From the NCBI GenBank assembly GCA_040392005.1, contig JBEBWT010000003.1, forward strand, positions 33,481-97,480: a stretch of 64,000 nt of DNA, read 5' to 3'. The number at the start of each line of letters is the position of its first letter. The first letter of the stretch is position 1. The position numbers and the translations under genes are program-made. Shown one piece after another: positions 9,859 through 20,400 of the stretch. Origin of the DNA: Parapedobacter defluvii (GTDB lineage Bacteria; Bacteroidota; Bacteroidia; Sphingobacteriales; Sphingobacteriaceae). The notes beneath the pieces were generated by a model that made no database searches, was not told the DNA's origin, and worked only from the letters and a program-made list of their open reading frames with translations.

Positions 9859-9905
9859 AAAGGCCGGAGACCCTGACGGTTGGTCCGGTGCCCCGGCCTT
9901 TTTTT
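9859..9905 (+). terminator. terminator-like hairpin plus T-run between atpE and atpF (intra-operon)
   Basis: AAAGGCCGG (9859-9867) pairs with CCGGCCTTT (9893-9901), followed by a T-run to 9905. Confidence 0.5.
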
Positions 9906-9982
9906 AGATCCAGATATGCAATAGAAGCCTAATGCGAAATCTGGATTTATTAACAAGACATTAAAATTTAAACAGATAGTAT

Positions 9983-10483
9983 ATGAGTTTTGATATTGGT
10001 AATCCGAGTATAGGTCTGGTGTTCTGGACAGCGGTAGCCTTCCTTTTGTTGCTTTTGCTCCTGCGCAAATTTGCCTGGAGACCAATTATGCAGGCAATTG
10101 GTGACCGTGAAAAATCCATAGAGGACGCATTGGCCACTGCCGAAATGGCAAAACAGGAAATGGCCCGTCTGACCAATGAAAACGAGGAATTGCTGAAAGC
10201 AGCACGGATCGAGCGTGATAATATCCTGAAAGAGGCCAAAGTACTCAAGGATCAGATTGTCGCTGACGCAAAGCACCACGCACAGGTAGAAGGCGCCAAA
10301 ATGATCGAGCAAGCCAAAAAGGAGATCGACGATCAGAAGAAAAGAGCCGTGGCCGAAGTGAAAAATCAGGTTTCCACCCTTTCCCTGGATATTGCAAGGA
10401 AGATATTGGAGCAAGAGTTTGCCGATCAGTCCAGGCAGGAGAAGTTGGTGTCCGACCTATTGAAGGATGTTCGTCTGGGTTAA
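9983..10483 (+). CDS. atpF: F0F1 ATP synthase subunit b
   Basis: 166-aa ORF with an N-terminal TM helix and then a long charged coiled-coil. It sits in the operon position after atpE. Confidence 0.85.
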   Translation: MSFDIGNPSIGLVFWTAVAFLLLLLLLRKFAWRPIMQAIGDREKSIEDALATAEMAKQEMARLTNENEELLKAARIERDNILKEAKVLKDQIVADAKHHAQVEGAKMIEQAKKEIDDQKKRAVAEVKNQVSTLSLDIARKILEQEFADQSRQEKLVSDLLKDVRLG

Positions 10484-10524
10484 TCAGCCGGTAGAATTGA
10501 AAAAATCATTGAGCGCAAGAGATT

Positions 10525-11073
10525 ATGTCAGAATTTAAAGTAGCTTCACGATATGCCAAGTCCCTCATCGACCTTTCCATCGAGCAGGGAAATCTGGAGA
10601 CCGTGAAACAGGATATGGAGCAATTCATCGCTGTGCTGCGTTCCAATAAGGAGCTGCAGGCGGTACTGAAGAATCCCATTATGAAGCAGGATAAGAAAAA
10701 GAATATTCTGCGGGCACTGTTCAGCGACAAGATCCACCCTTCGATCAGCTCATTTTTTGATATCATGGTGCGCAAGGGCCGGGCCGGGATCCTTTATGGA
10801 ACAGCTCAGGAGTTTGTTCGTGAATACAATGAATATAAGGGAATTGTGAAGGCAACGGTGACTTCTGCGACTAAATTGTCAGAAACCAATTTTGAAGCCC
10901 TGAAAAAAGTGATAGCCGAAGAGACCAAGTCAGAGATTATCCTGACCAATGTGGTGGATCCTTCCCTGATCGGAGGCTTTGTGGTCAAGGTCGGTGATAA
11001 GCAGGTGGATACCAGTATCGCAGGCCGTCTGCACAAATTGGAGAAGCACTTTGCCTCGAATACGGGCAGTTGA
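10525..11073 (+). CDS. atpH: F0F1 ATP synthase subunit delta (OSCP)
   Basis: 182-aa ORF with the RYAKSLIDL start and the LIGGFVVKVGDKQVDTSIAGRL C-terminal motif typical of delta/OSCP. Confidence 0.85.
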   Translation: MSEFKVASRYAKSLIDLSIEQGNLETVKQDMEQFIAVLRSNKELQAVLKNPIMKQDKKKNILRALFSDKIHPSISSFFDIMVRKGRAGILYGTAQEFVREYNEYKGIVKATVTSATKLSETNFEALKKVIAEETKSEIILTNVVDPSLIGGFVVKVGDKQVDTSIAGRLHKLEKHFASNTGS

Positions 11074-11173
11074 TTTGGGCCAGGCACAACATAGTAAGAT
11101 AATAAAAAATTTGGACTTTTCCAAATTAGCATAAAGAAAAAATAAAAAGCAAAACCACTAATAATAAAATAAT

Positions 11174-12748
11174 ATGATAGAGGTAAGACCAGATGAAGTA
11201 TCGGCGATTTTAAGAGAGCAATTGTCGGGCTTTAAATCAGAAGCCGAACTCGAAGAGGTAGGTACCGTGTTGCAGGTGGGTGACGGTATCGCCCGCATTT
11301 ATGGTTTGACAAAAGTACAATCCGGTGAACTTGTTGAATTTGACAACGGTTTGCAGGGCATTGTATTGAACCTGGAAGAAGACAACGTAGGTGTTGTATT
11401 GCTGGGTTCTTCTGACGAGATCAAAGAAGGGGATACGATCAAACGTACCCGTCGTATTGCCTCTATCCGTGTCGGTGAAGGCATGCTGGGTCGGGTAGTC
11501 AATACATTGGGACAGCCTATCGATGGCAAAGGACCTATCCTGGGCGATACATACGAGATGCCGATCGAGCGTAAGGCTCCGGGGGTAATTTTCCGTCAGC
11601 CGGTGAATGAGCCTTTGCAGACTGGTATCAAGGCGATCGATGCGATGATCCCGATCGGACGTGGTCAGCGGGAGCTGGTGATCGGAGACCGTCAGACCGG
11701 TAAAACAGCGGTTTGTATCGATACGATCATCAACCAGAAAGAATTTTATGATGCGGGGCAACCTGTATTCTGTATATATGTTGCCATAGGACAGAAAAAC
11801 TCGACTGTGGCCAATATCGTGCGTACCCTCGAAGAGAATGGTGCGATGCCTTATACCATTGTGGTGGCTGCTTCTGCGGCTGATCCGGCTCCTATGCAAT
11901 TTTACGCGCCAATGGCGGGTGCTGCGATCGGAGAATTTTTCCGTGATACCGGCCGCCCGGCACTGATCGTGTATGATGATTTGTCCAAACAAGCGGTGGC
12001 TTACCGCGAGGTTTCCCTGTTGCTGCGTCGTCCTCCGGGACGTGAGGCGTACCCAGGGGACGTGTTCTACCTGCACAGCCGCTTATTGGAACGTGCTGCG
12101 AAGGTACACAGTTCGGACGAGATCGCCCGCAATATGAACGATTTGCCGGAGTCGATCAAAGGTATCGTGAAAGGTGGTGGTTCCCTGACGGCGCTGCCGA
12201 TCATCGAAACCCAGGCCGGAGACGTATCGGCTTATATCCCTACCAACGTGATTTCCATTACCGACGGTCAGATCTTCCTGGAGTCCAACCTGTTCAACGC
12301 AGGGGTTCGTCCGGCGATCAACGTAGGTATCTCGGTGTCCAGGGTAGGAGGTAATGCGCAGATCAAATCCATGAAGAAAGTGGCCGGTACCCTGAAACTG
12401 GATCAGGCACAGTACCGTGAATTGGAGGCCTTCTCCAAATTCGGATCGGATCTGGATGCAGCGACCAAAGCGACCCTGGACAAAGGTGTCCGCAACGTGG
12501 AGATCCTGAAACAAGGTCAATTCTCCCCTGTGGCTGTTGAGAAACAGGTGGCCATCATCTATGCCGGTACAAAGGGCTTGTTCAGCCGTGTGCCTGTGGC
12601 TAAAGTAAAGGAATTTGAGGCAGAATACCTGCAGCAATTGGAACAACGCCATCCGGAAGTTTTGCAGGCCCTGAAAGCCGGAAAATTCAGCGATGAGCTG
12701 ACCAGTGTGATGGATACGGTTGCCCGTGAGCTGGCTGCCAAATATTAA
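11174..12748 (+). CDS. atpA: F0F1 ATP synthase subunit alpha
   Basis: 524-aa ORF with the P-loop GDRQTGKT and highly conserved alpha-subunit blocks. Confidence 0.97.
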   Translation: MIEVRPDEVSAILREQLSGFKSEAELEEVGTVLQVGDGIARIYGLTKVQSGELVEFDNGLQGIVLNLEEDNVGVVLLGSSDEIKEGDTIKRTRRIASIRVGEGMLGRVVNTLGQPIDGKGPILGDTYEMPIERKAPGVIFRQPVNEPLQTGIKAIDAMIPIGRGQRELVIGDRQTGKTAVCIDTIINQKEFYDAGQPVFCIYVAIGQKNSTVANIVRTLEENGAMPYTIVVAASAADPAPMQFYAPMAGAAIGEFFRDTGRPALIVYDDLSKQAVAYREVSLLLRRPPGREAYPGDVFYLHSRLLERAAKVHSSDEIARNMNDLPESIKGIVKGGGSLTALPIIETQAGDVSAYIPTNVISITDGQIFLESNLFNAGVRPAINVGISVSRVGGNAQIKSMKKVAGTLKLDQAQYRELEAFSKFGSDLDAATKATLDKGVRNVEILKQGQFSPVAVEKQVAIIYAGTKGLFSRVPVAKVKEFEAEYLQQLEQRHPEVLQALKAGKFSDELTSVMDTVARELAAKY

Positions 12749-12766
12749 TGCTTTTTTGATCAGAAT

Positions 12767-13702
12767 ATGGCAAACTTAAAGGAAGTCAGAAATCGTATTG
12801 CTTCGGTCTCCTCAACGCAGCAGATCACCAAAGCCATGAAAATGGTTTCGGCTGCCAAGTTGAAGCGGGCTACCGGTGCGATCATACAGTTGAGGCCTTA
12901 CGCCAATAAGTTGCGGGATATTTTGGCCAATGTTTCTTCCAGTGTAGAGCAGGGTGCGTCACCGTTTACGGTGGACCGCAAACCCAATCACATCCTGGTG
13001 GTGGTCATTACCTCCAACCGGGGACTGGCCGGTGCATTCAATGCCAACGCCATCAAAGCAGCAGTACAACTGATCAATACGACTTACGCTTCGCAAAATG
13101 AGGCAGGTCAGGTTTCCATGATCGCCATTGGCAAGAAAGGCTTCGATTATTTCTCCAAAAGAGGGTATAATATGGTCGCCAACCATTCGGAAGTGTTCTC
13201 TGAACTCAATTTTGAGAATGTTTCGAGGATCACCACTGAGATTATGGAAGGCTTTGTGGAAGGCAAATTTGACCGTGTAGAATTGGTTTATAACCAATTC
13301 AAAAATGCGGGCGTACAGATCCTGACCACCGAGCAATTGCTGCCTCTGCTGCCACCTGCTGAAGGTGATACCGCAGCCAGTCGTGCAAAGACCGTGAGCG
13401 GCAACGGGCAAAATGTGGCTGCTGGCGTTGCCCAGATGGCCGATTACATCATTGAGCCATCCAAAGAGACCATCGTTCAGGAATTGATCCCTAAGGCGGT
13501 CAAGACCCAACTTTACAAAGCAGTATTGGATTCCCACGCCTCCGAGCACGGAGCACGGATGACAGCCATGGACAAAGCCACCGACAACGCAGGCGAACTG
13601 TTGAAATCGCTTAAGCTGTCCTACAACCAGGCCCGCCAGGCAGCCATCACCACCGAACTTACCGAGATCGTCAGTGGTGCTGCCGCCTTGTCCGCAGGCT
13701 AA
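12767..13702 (+). CDS. atpG: F0F1 ATP synthase subunit gamma
   Basis: 311-aa ORF with N-terminal LKEVRNRIASVSSTQQITKAMKMVSAAKL and C-terminal RQAAITTELTEIVSGAAAL. Confidence 0.95.
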   Translation: MANLKEVRNRIASVSSTQQITKAMKMVSAAKLKRATGAIIQLRPYANKLRDILANVSSSVEQGASPFTVDRKPNHILVVVITSNRGLAGAFNANAIKAAVQLINTTYASQNEAGQVSMIAIGKKGFDYFSKRGYNMVANHSEVFSELNFENVSRITTEIMEGFVEGKFDRVELVYNQFKNAGVQILTTEQLLPLLPPAEGDTAASRAKTVSGNGQNVAAGVAQMADYIIEPSKETIVQELIPKAVKTQLYKAVLDSHASEHGARMTAMDKATDNAGELLKSLKLSYNQARQAAITTELTEIVSGAAALSAG

Positions 13703-13714
13703 TGACGTGCAAAA

Positions 13715-13754
13715 CACAAATTCCGCAAAAACCACTCTTTTTGCGGAATTTGTG
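13715..13754. terminator. 17-bp perfect hairpin downstream of atpG
   Basis: CACAAATTCCGCAAAAA (13715-13731) pairs perfectly with TTTTTGCGGAATTTGTG (13738-13754) around a 6-nt loop. Confidence 0.5.
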
Positions 13755-13781
13755 AAATGGTGAAAACGCATAACCCCGGTT

Positions 13782-13814
13782 AAACCGGCCCTGATCCAAG
13801 GAGCCGGTTTTTTT
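13782..13814 (+). terminator. rho-independent terminator of the atp operon
   Basis: AAACCGGC (13782-13789) pairs with GCCGGTTT (13803-13810), followed by a T-run to 13814. Confidence 0.6.
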
Positions 13815-13926
13815 CATTTGTATTTTCTGCAACATTTCCCCGTAACTTGCGACTTGTTAATAAAGAGGGGGTAGGAATTAGATTTAGCATCTGGATAATA
13901 ATCGAATTCAGGTTAAAAGTACAATA

Positions 13927-14517
13927 TTGGTGAATACAGGAGCGCTTGGAGATAAGGAATTGATACAACTGTGCCTGGAGGGACAGGAGAGCGGATATAC
14001 CCTGCTGTATGAGCGGTATGCGGTGCCGGTCTATAACACCATCAGCCGGCTGGTCAATCATCATACGGCAGAGGCAGAGGATTTGTTGCAGGAGGCATTT
14101 GTGTCTGTTTTTTCCAGGATGGAACGGCTGAAAGACGTAGAAAGCTTTGAAGCCTGGATCAAGAGGGTGGCGATCAATATGAGTATTTCACATTTGCGCA
14201 AAAAGCAGAAAATACATTTTCTGGAGTTGGATCAGGTCAATCAAAGTGCATGGGAGCTGGATGGGGATGAAGATTCGATATGGAAAGAAAGTCGTCTGGA
14301 AGAAATAGAAAGGGCGATCGATAGCCTGCCGGAGACCAGCCGGACAATTGTGAATCTGTTTCTGTTTGAAGATATGTCCCAGGAGGAAATAGGGAAGCTG
14401 TTGGGGATGTCCCATTCAGCGGTAAGGAGTCAATATCATCGGGCAAAGAACAGGATCGCTGGTATGGTAAAGCCTAATATGGAAAAGAAAGGAGGTTTTT
14501 ATGAAGCAAGAAGATAA
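13927..14517 (+). CDS. RNA polymerase sigma-70 factor, ECF subfamily
   Basis: 196-aa ORF with a non-ATG start (TTG 13927 or GTG 13930). Region 2 reads YERYAVPVYNTISRLV...AEDLLQEAFVSVF. Region 4 reads DMSQEEIGKLLGMSHSAVRSQYHRAKNRI. Confidence 0.85.
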   Translation: MVNTGALGDKELIQLCLEGQESGYTLLYERYAVPVYNTISRLVNHHTAEAEDLLQEAFVSVFSRMERLKDVESFEAWIKRVAINMSISHLRKKQKIHFLELDQVNQSAWELDGDEDSIWKESRLEEIERAIDSLPETSRTIVNLFLFEDMSQEEIGKLLGMSHSAVRSQYHRAKNRIAGMVKPNMEKKGGFYEARR

Positions 14518-15436
14518 GTTGAAACAGCTTGTATCCCAAAACCGGGCTGCTTTTGATAATAAGATTCCGGATCAGGCCGTTCGGGACCGGATATGGGAAC
14601 GGATGGACCGGAAGGCAGGGATGAAAGGGAAGCCAGGGGCAGAACGGAATACAGGGACGGAAGGATCGGGGAAAAAACCGGTGGTCAGGCGTTTACCATG
14701 GAACCGGTTTCAGTATGTTGCAGCTTCGGTAGCGATTTTGGTCATCCTGGGATTTGTGGGGCTGCGCTGGGTGTTTAATGATACCGGCACCACTTCAGAT
14801 ATAAAAGAGATCGCAACGCTTGTTGTGGGACAGGAGCCGGGTCCTGCCGATGAGTCGGTGCCGGGCGGGGAGTTGAACCCGACTGGTGAGTTGAGTCCTG
14901 GGGATCCGAACCCTGCCGGGAAGGGCACTGATGAGGTGGCTCAGACCCGGAGAGTGGCTGAGGTCCGTCCAAACCCAGTTCTCCCGGTCAGGACAAAGAT
15001 ACAGGGGCAAGACCGGGAGAATGATCAGACAGCCCTTGAAAAGCGGATCGCAGCCCTGCTGGAAACAGAAGAATCCGCCAGCAGGCGCATGGAAGGCATT
15101 TTGGAAATGGCTTCCATGCCCGAGTTGCCGCAAGAGTTGATGGATAAATTGATGCATACAATCAATCATGATCCCAACAGCAATGTGCGATATGCGGCCA
15201 TAGAACTATTGATGAACCGCCTGCCTGCCATGCAGACCGGACAGGCCATCCAGGATGTTTTTATCAGACAGGATGATCCGACCATTCAACTGGACCTGAT
15301 GCTGGCTATGGCGCAGCACGATACCATCCGTATTAACGAAGCGACCGCAGATCGCTTGTATGCGATTGCCAATGACCCGCTGACATTGGATTTTGTCAAA
15401 GACCAGGCATATGCCGTATTGCTGAAAACCTGGTAG
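14501..15436 (+). CDS. single-pass membrane protein with C-terminal HEAT-like repeats; putative anti-sigma factor
   Basis: 311-aa ORF overlapping the sigma gene by 17 nt. It has one TM helix (FQYVAASVAILVILGFVGLRWVF), a P/G-rich linker, and a helical-repeat C-terminus (NSNVRYAAIELLMNRL...). There is no HxxxCxxC motif. Confidence 0.5.
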   Translation: MKQEDKLKQLVSQNRAAFDNKIPDQAVRDRIWERMDRKAGMKGKPGAERNTGTEGSGKKPVVRRLPWNRFQYVAASVAILVILGFVGLRWVFNDTGTTSDIKEIATLVVGQEPGPADESVPGGELNPTGELSPGDPNPAGKGTDEVAQTRRVAEVRPNPVLPVRTKIQGQDRENDQTALEKRIAALLETEESASRRMEGILEMASMPELPQELMDKLMHTINHDPNSNVRYAAIELLMNRLPAMQTGQAIQDVFIRQDDPTIQLDLMLAMAQHDTIRINEATADRLYAIANDPLTLDFVKDQAYAVLLKTW

Positions 15437-15496
15437 TCAATTGCTGGCGGAAAGAATAAATTGAAATGAATTTTTTTAATATTAAATGAGAATAAG

Positions 15497-16525
15497 ATGA
15501 AAACAAAAATGATGTTAAGTGCCATGTTGGTTGGTTTTTCCATGCTGACCTTTGCACAGACCAGGAGTACCGGCAATGAGCATGCAGTCACGGTGATCAA
15601 AGACGAAAACGGAAATAGAACTTACGGGCAGGCAGTTTCGGATCGGCCAAAAGTACTCATGGAACATCGTTTTAAAAAAACGACGGGCACATTGAGTATT
15701 GAAGCAGGATTGGTTAGCCTGGAAGGTTATAAAGGGGATGAAGTAATTATTTCCAGGATGGTAGAAACCAGAGAACCCAAAGAGAATAATGATCCTCGTG
15801 CCGCAGGGCTGGAAGGGATTGGGGAGTCCGGTTTTTATGGAGACCATAAAGCCGGAATAGGACTGAACATTCAGCAGGAAGGGGATCTGACAGAGATCAG
15901 GAGGGGCCAAATGGCGACAAACAATGATACTATATTTGTAAAGGTTCCGGAACACCTGCATGTCATAATCAAGAAAACAACATTTTCAGCACTTTTTTTT
16001 CCTGGCAATCAGGGTGATATTACGGTAAAAAATATAAGTGGTGAACTTGAGATCACCAGTGCCAGCGGCCATGTCAAACTGGATAATATCACAGGGCCGC
16101 TAACGGTCAAGGCAATGGGAAATATAGAGGCGGCATTCAGATCGCCTGTCAAAGGTCCCGTATCCCTGATTACCAGTATGGGCTTTGTGGATGTTGCATT
16201 GCCCTTGACCACAAAAGCCAGGCTCAATATGATAGCGGCCATGGGTGAACTTTATGCATCCAAAGATTTCAATATTGAAGTGATCACCGAGGAGATTACC
16301 GGGGAGACCGATCAGACAGTCGCTGACGATTCAAGCCTGGCATCTCGTGAATTTTACCGGGCCTTGTCACTCCAGGCCGTGCCCAGCAGTATTTTCGACA
16401 GATTTGGCAACAGTGCCTATCCTGGCATTGGCAGCCGGGTCATCGGTACCATCAATGGGGGAGGCGAGGACATTATATTACGTACCACGCAGGGTAAAAT
16501 TTATTTGCGGAAAGCTGAAAAATAA
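15497..16525 (+). CDS. secreted DUF4097-like beta-repeat protein (putative adhesin fold)
   Basis: 342-aa ORF with a signal peptide (MLVGFSMLTFAQT). Repeats of the type ITVKNISGELEITSASGHVKLDNITGPLTVKAMGNIEA are typical of the DUF4097 family. Confidence 0.55.
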   Translation: MKTKMMLSAMLVGFSMLTFAQTRSTGNEHAVTVIKDENGNRTYGQAVSDRPKVLMEHRFKKTTGTLSIEAGLVSLEGYKGDEVIISRMVETREPKENNDPRAAGLEGIGESGFYGDHKAGIGLNIQQEGDLTEIRRGQMATNNDTIFVKVPEHLHVIIKKTTFSALFFPGNQGDITVKNISGELEITSASGHVKLDNITGPLTVKAMGNIEAAFRSPVKGPVSLITSMGFVDVALPLTTKARLNMIAAMGELYASKDFNIEVITEEITGETDQTVADDSSLASREFYRALSLQAVPSSIFDRFGNSAYPGIGSRVIGTINGGGEDIILRTTQGKIYLRKAEK

Positions 16526-16557
16526 GCAAAATCAAAAAATAATCTGATCTTTGCTCC

Positions 16558-16881
16558 ATGAGCTGGGTTATCCTCATCATCGCAGGCTTATTTGAAGTAG
16601 CCTTCGCTTTTTGTCTGGGCAAAGCCAAAGACGCGGTCGGAAAAGAAATGTTTTTCTGGTACGGGGCCTTTCTGGTCACCCTTGCTATCAGCATGACCCT
16701 GCTTGTCAAAGCCACCCAAACCCTACCCATCGGCACCGCCTATGCCGTATGGACCGGAATCGGTGCTGTCGGTACCGTCCTGGTCGGAATCCTCGTATTC
16801 AAGGAACCCGCTACCTTCATGCGCCTCTTTTTCATCACCACCCTGATCGCCTCCATCATCGGTCTGAAATCGGTTTCCTGA
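16558..16881 (+). CDS. sugE: SMR-family small multidrug resistance / guanidinium exporter (SugE/Gdx type)
   Basis: 107-aa ORF with four TM helices, the conserved membrane Glu in AGLFEVAFAFCL, and the PIGTAYAVWTGIGAVG motif. Confidence 0.85.
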   Translation: MSWVILIIAGLFEVAFAFCLGKAKDAVGKEMFFWYGAFLVTLAISMTLLVKATQTLPIGTAYAVWTGIGAVGTVLVGILVFKEPATFMRLFFITTLIASIIGLKSVS

Positions 16882-16950
16882 GACACGGGCGAAGCCCGGA
16901 ACAGCAATCGCAGGCGCGCTGACGCTCCTGTATGCGGCCGCAAAATAAAA

Positions 16951-16982
16951 CAGGGAAAACGACCATTAAATCGCTTTCCCTG
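16951..16982 (-). terminator. terminator downstream of tRNA-Arg
   Basis: CAGGGAAA (16951-16958) pairs with TTTCCCTG (16975-16982), with an inner CGA/TCG. On the minus strand it is followed by TTTTATTTTG. Confidence 0.55.
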
Positions 16983-16989
16983 TGTGTTG

Positions 16990-17061
16990 TAGCCTCGAGC
17001 AGAATCGAACTGCTATCTAATGTTTAGGAAACATCTATTCTATCCGTTGAACTACGAGGCC
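16990..17061 (-). tRNA. tRNA-Arg (anticodon CCU)
   Basis: I folded it by hand as a 72-nt cloverleaf: GGCCTCG TA GTTC AACGGATA GAAT A GATGT TTCCTAA ACATT AGAT AGCAG TTCGATT CTGCT CGAGGCT A. The T-loop is TTCGATT and the D-loop has GG. No CCA is encoded. Confidence 0.85.
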
Positions 17062-17481
17062 CTCTGGAATACCTTCTGCCATCCAGTCTGACCGCCGGCC
17101 TGCAAATTTAGGCTTTTGCAGTAAGGAAAGGAAATTTTTGTTTAAAAAGAAGAGCAAAACGATGCTTAAATTATAAACATAGTGAGTATAATGATACTAA
17201 CTTGGTGAATATGACAAAATTTAAAATTTATTAGTCTGATTATCAGAAGATTAAAAAATTATATTCGAATTGTTTTATTTTTGTTAAGTTTCATTCTATA
17301 TTTGTATGATGAGTTTGTCGTATAGTCATATATAACAAACTTATTTGACTATTTTGATTTTGGTTAATCCAAAAGCTTGATTGTGATTTTATAAGTACTG
17401 CATGTATAAAAATATCCATACATGGAATACGTAACTGAATATAGACTTTTTGATTCTTTTTTTTAACTTAATTTTTAACAC

Positions 17482-20400
17482 ATGAAACACAAATTACTAT
17501 TTATTGTTGTGTGCTGGATGAGCTTGTTATCAGCAAGTGTAGTTCAGGCACAAACTCGGCTCGTTAGTGGGCAGGTGGTTTCTGAGGCTGATAATGTTCC
17601 GCTTAGAGGCGTTTCGGTCAGAGTAGTCGGTACGACTATTGCCGAATTGACCGATGCAAACGGGCTTTTCGCTATCAATGTACCTCAGGAATTAAATGAG
17701 CTGTCATTTACCTATTTGGGTTTTTCGACTCAATCATTTACATTGACAGGGATTCGCGCACAATCGAACATTACGATTACGCTGAGACCAGAAGCAACCG
17801 GACTTGATGAGGTAATTATCACGGCAAGTGGTACTACTGCGCAACGTAGAGAGCTGGGAACAGCAGCTACAACGGTTACAGCCGCACAGATCGTGCAGGG
17901 TAAGGCTTCTAATATCGCTGCCTCCCTTTCGGGTAAGGTCCCCGGACTTCAGGTCAATGCGGTAAACGGTGGTCTTAATCCAAATTATCGTTTAGTTCTG
18001 CGTGGACAGCGTTCCATTACAGGTAATAACCAGGCCCTGTTGATTTTGGACAACTTGGTTGTTCCGAACTCGTTGTTGGGTAACCTGAACCCTGAGGATA
18101 TTGAAGACATGCAGGTTCTTAACGGAGCTGCTGCTGCTGCTGCCTATGGTTCTGAAGCTTCCAATGGTGCGATCGTGATCACTACCAAAAAAGGTAAGGC
18201 TGGCCGGACTCAGATCCGCTTAAGCCATACGGCAACAATGGAGCAGGTCAGTTATTATCCACAATTGCAAGACAAATTTGGTGCAGGTACGACCCCAGAT
18301 GCGGTCAAAACCTATACTGCTTATGAAAATCAGCAGTATGGACCGAGGTTTGATGGATCAATGAGAGAAATTGGTAAACCACTTGAGGACGGATCTATCC
18401 AAACTATCAAGTACTCTCCAGTGAGCGATAAATATGACTTCTGGGAAGATGGTCTCTCCAATCAAACAGATTTGGTATTGACCGCTGGTGATGAACAGTC
18501 AACGTACTATATATCCGGACAGCACTTCTCACAACTTGCGACTATGCCTGATGATCGGTATAATCGTATCTCAGTACGTGCTAATGGTACAAGGAAGTTG
18601 TATGATAATTTTTCGGTACAGTTCAGTACAAACTACATTAATAACTGGTACGATATGACTACTGCTGGCAGTAGCATTTACAATGAAATTTTACAGACTC
18701 CCGCAAATATCCCATTGACGCAGTATAAGGATTGGAAAAATGATCCTTGGGCGAATCCAAACGGTTATTATAATGAATACTATGATAATCCCTATTTCTC
18801 AGTTGGTAACTGGAGACAATTGACCAAGAATGAGTATTTCCAGGGAAATTTGGAGTTGAACTATCAGCCTATAAAGTCAGTACCTCTGAACCTTATTTAT
18901 AGAGTAGGTGTCAGCTCAAGCAATGCACAGAACAAATCGCATTCCAATAAGTTCATCTTTACGGATTATACCAAGAGCATTTCAGGTAGTTCGAAAACAG
19001 ATGTGGCCGGTGCAGTGAGTGACAGCAGGAGCGGTAGCCTTCAGCTTGTATCCGAGTTGATCGCCAATTATCGTCAGAAATTGAACGATGACTTCACACT
19101 TACATTGCTGGGTGCGGGTTCTCTTAGGGATGGCCAATCCAAGAACGTAGGCGTAAGCGCATCGGGTCTTGTGATCGATGGTTTGTACAACATTAGCAAT
19201 ACACAGAATAATCCTGGGGCATCAGAATCAAATTCCAGAACTCGTAGTATGTCCGTACGCGGTGAGGCTCGTCTGGGATTCAGGGATTACCTTTACCTGC
19301 ACGTTACTGGACGTAATGACTGGACTTCGGTACTGGAGTGGGAGAATAGTTCGTTTTTCTACCCTTCTGCCGACGTTTCCTTCATTGCTTCAGATGCGAT
19401 CCAGGCTTTGAAAGATGCGAGCTGGTTATCCAGTTTGAAATTACGTGCGGCTTATGCATATGTGGGTAACGTAAACTTGGGTGCCTATGCGCTTAACACA
19501 ACCTTCGGTCAATCTGCAGGTTATCCTTACGCAGGTAATCCAGGGTACTCTGTAGGGGGAAGTTTGGTTGCGGCCGGGCTGAAACCTGAGATTACCAAAG
19601 GGCCTGAGGCAGGGTTTGATCTGGACTTATTCAACGGTGATATTTCCGCCGGATTGAGTTGGTATAAGACTAACACCTATAATCAGACAATTAGTGTGAG
19701 TGTATCCAGTGCTACTGGTTTTACCAGTTTGCGTACCAATATTGGTGAAGTACAGAACGAAGGTGTTGAAACATATTTGAGGGTGACCCCTATTCGTAAT
19801 CCAAGTGGATTGACCGTGAGTTTGGGTGCAAACTATGCATACAATCGCAACGAAGTAATCTCACTTTCTGATGAAAGTGATGTGATGACCATTGGTAGTG
19901 CTACTGGTGCTGTGGTTGTGGCTGAGAAAGGCCAGCCATTCCCATTGATGAAGATAACCAAGTATTTGCGGGATGATCAGGGACGTGTAATTGTTGATCG
20001 CAACTCTGGCTTCCCTTCTTTTGATGGTAGCTATGAGATTGTAGGAACTTCAAATCCTCCACATATCCTGGGTACAGATCTGGAGGCTCGTTATAAAGGT
20101 TTCCGCTTCAATGCAATCATGGAGTACCGTACAGGTCATTATGTGATGAACTCAGTAAGTACCGGTTTTGACTTTGCTGGTTCCGGTATCCGTACCGCCT
20201 GGTTCAATCGGGAGCGTTTTGTATTCCCGAATTCTTCTTACCTGGATCCGGCTACACAACAGTATGTTGCTAACACCAACATCACAACCCGTTCAGGTGG
20301 AGCAGATTTCTGGACCGATGGTACAAGGAACCGAAATGTTGGTGAGAACTATACACACTCGGCAGCATTCTGGAAGTTGAGAGAAATGTCCTTGTCTTAC

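Noticed and set aside
16526-16557. Guanidine riboswitch (ykkC, mini-ykkC or guanidine-III) upstream of the SugE/Gdx-type SMR gene.
   Set aside because: Only 32 nt separate the preceding stop from the start codon, and they show no paired hairpins with ACGR loops or other riboswitch signatures.
16990-17061. tRNA-Arg as an integration site for a genomic island, given the adjacent lower-GC SusC/D locus.
   Set aside because: There is no integrase, no duplicated tRNA 3' fragment that I could find, and no mobility genes. The SusC/D locus is bounded by ordinary promoter and terminator structures.
17062-17481. Cobalamin or another riboswitch, or a CRISPR leader or array, in the 420-bp AT-rich spacer before the SusC gene.
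   Set aside because: There is no B12-box-like GC-rich core and no regularly spaced direct repeats. I saw only two isolated short inverted repeats. The composition is typical of Bacteroidota promoter regions.
18127-18144. (GCT)5-GCC trinucleotide run inside the SusC gene as a possible phase-variation tract.
   Set aside because: The repeat unit is 3 nt, so slippage stays in frame. It encodes the poly-Ala of the conserved plug motif (NGAAAAAAYGS...), which is Ala-rich in the family anyway.
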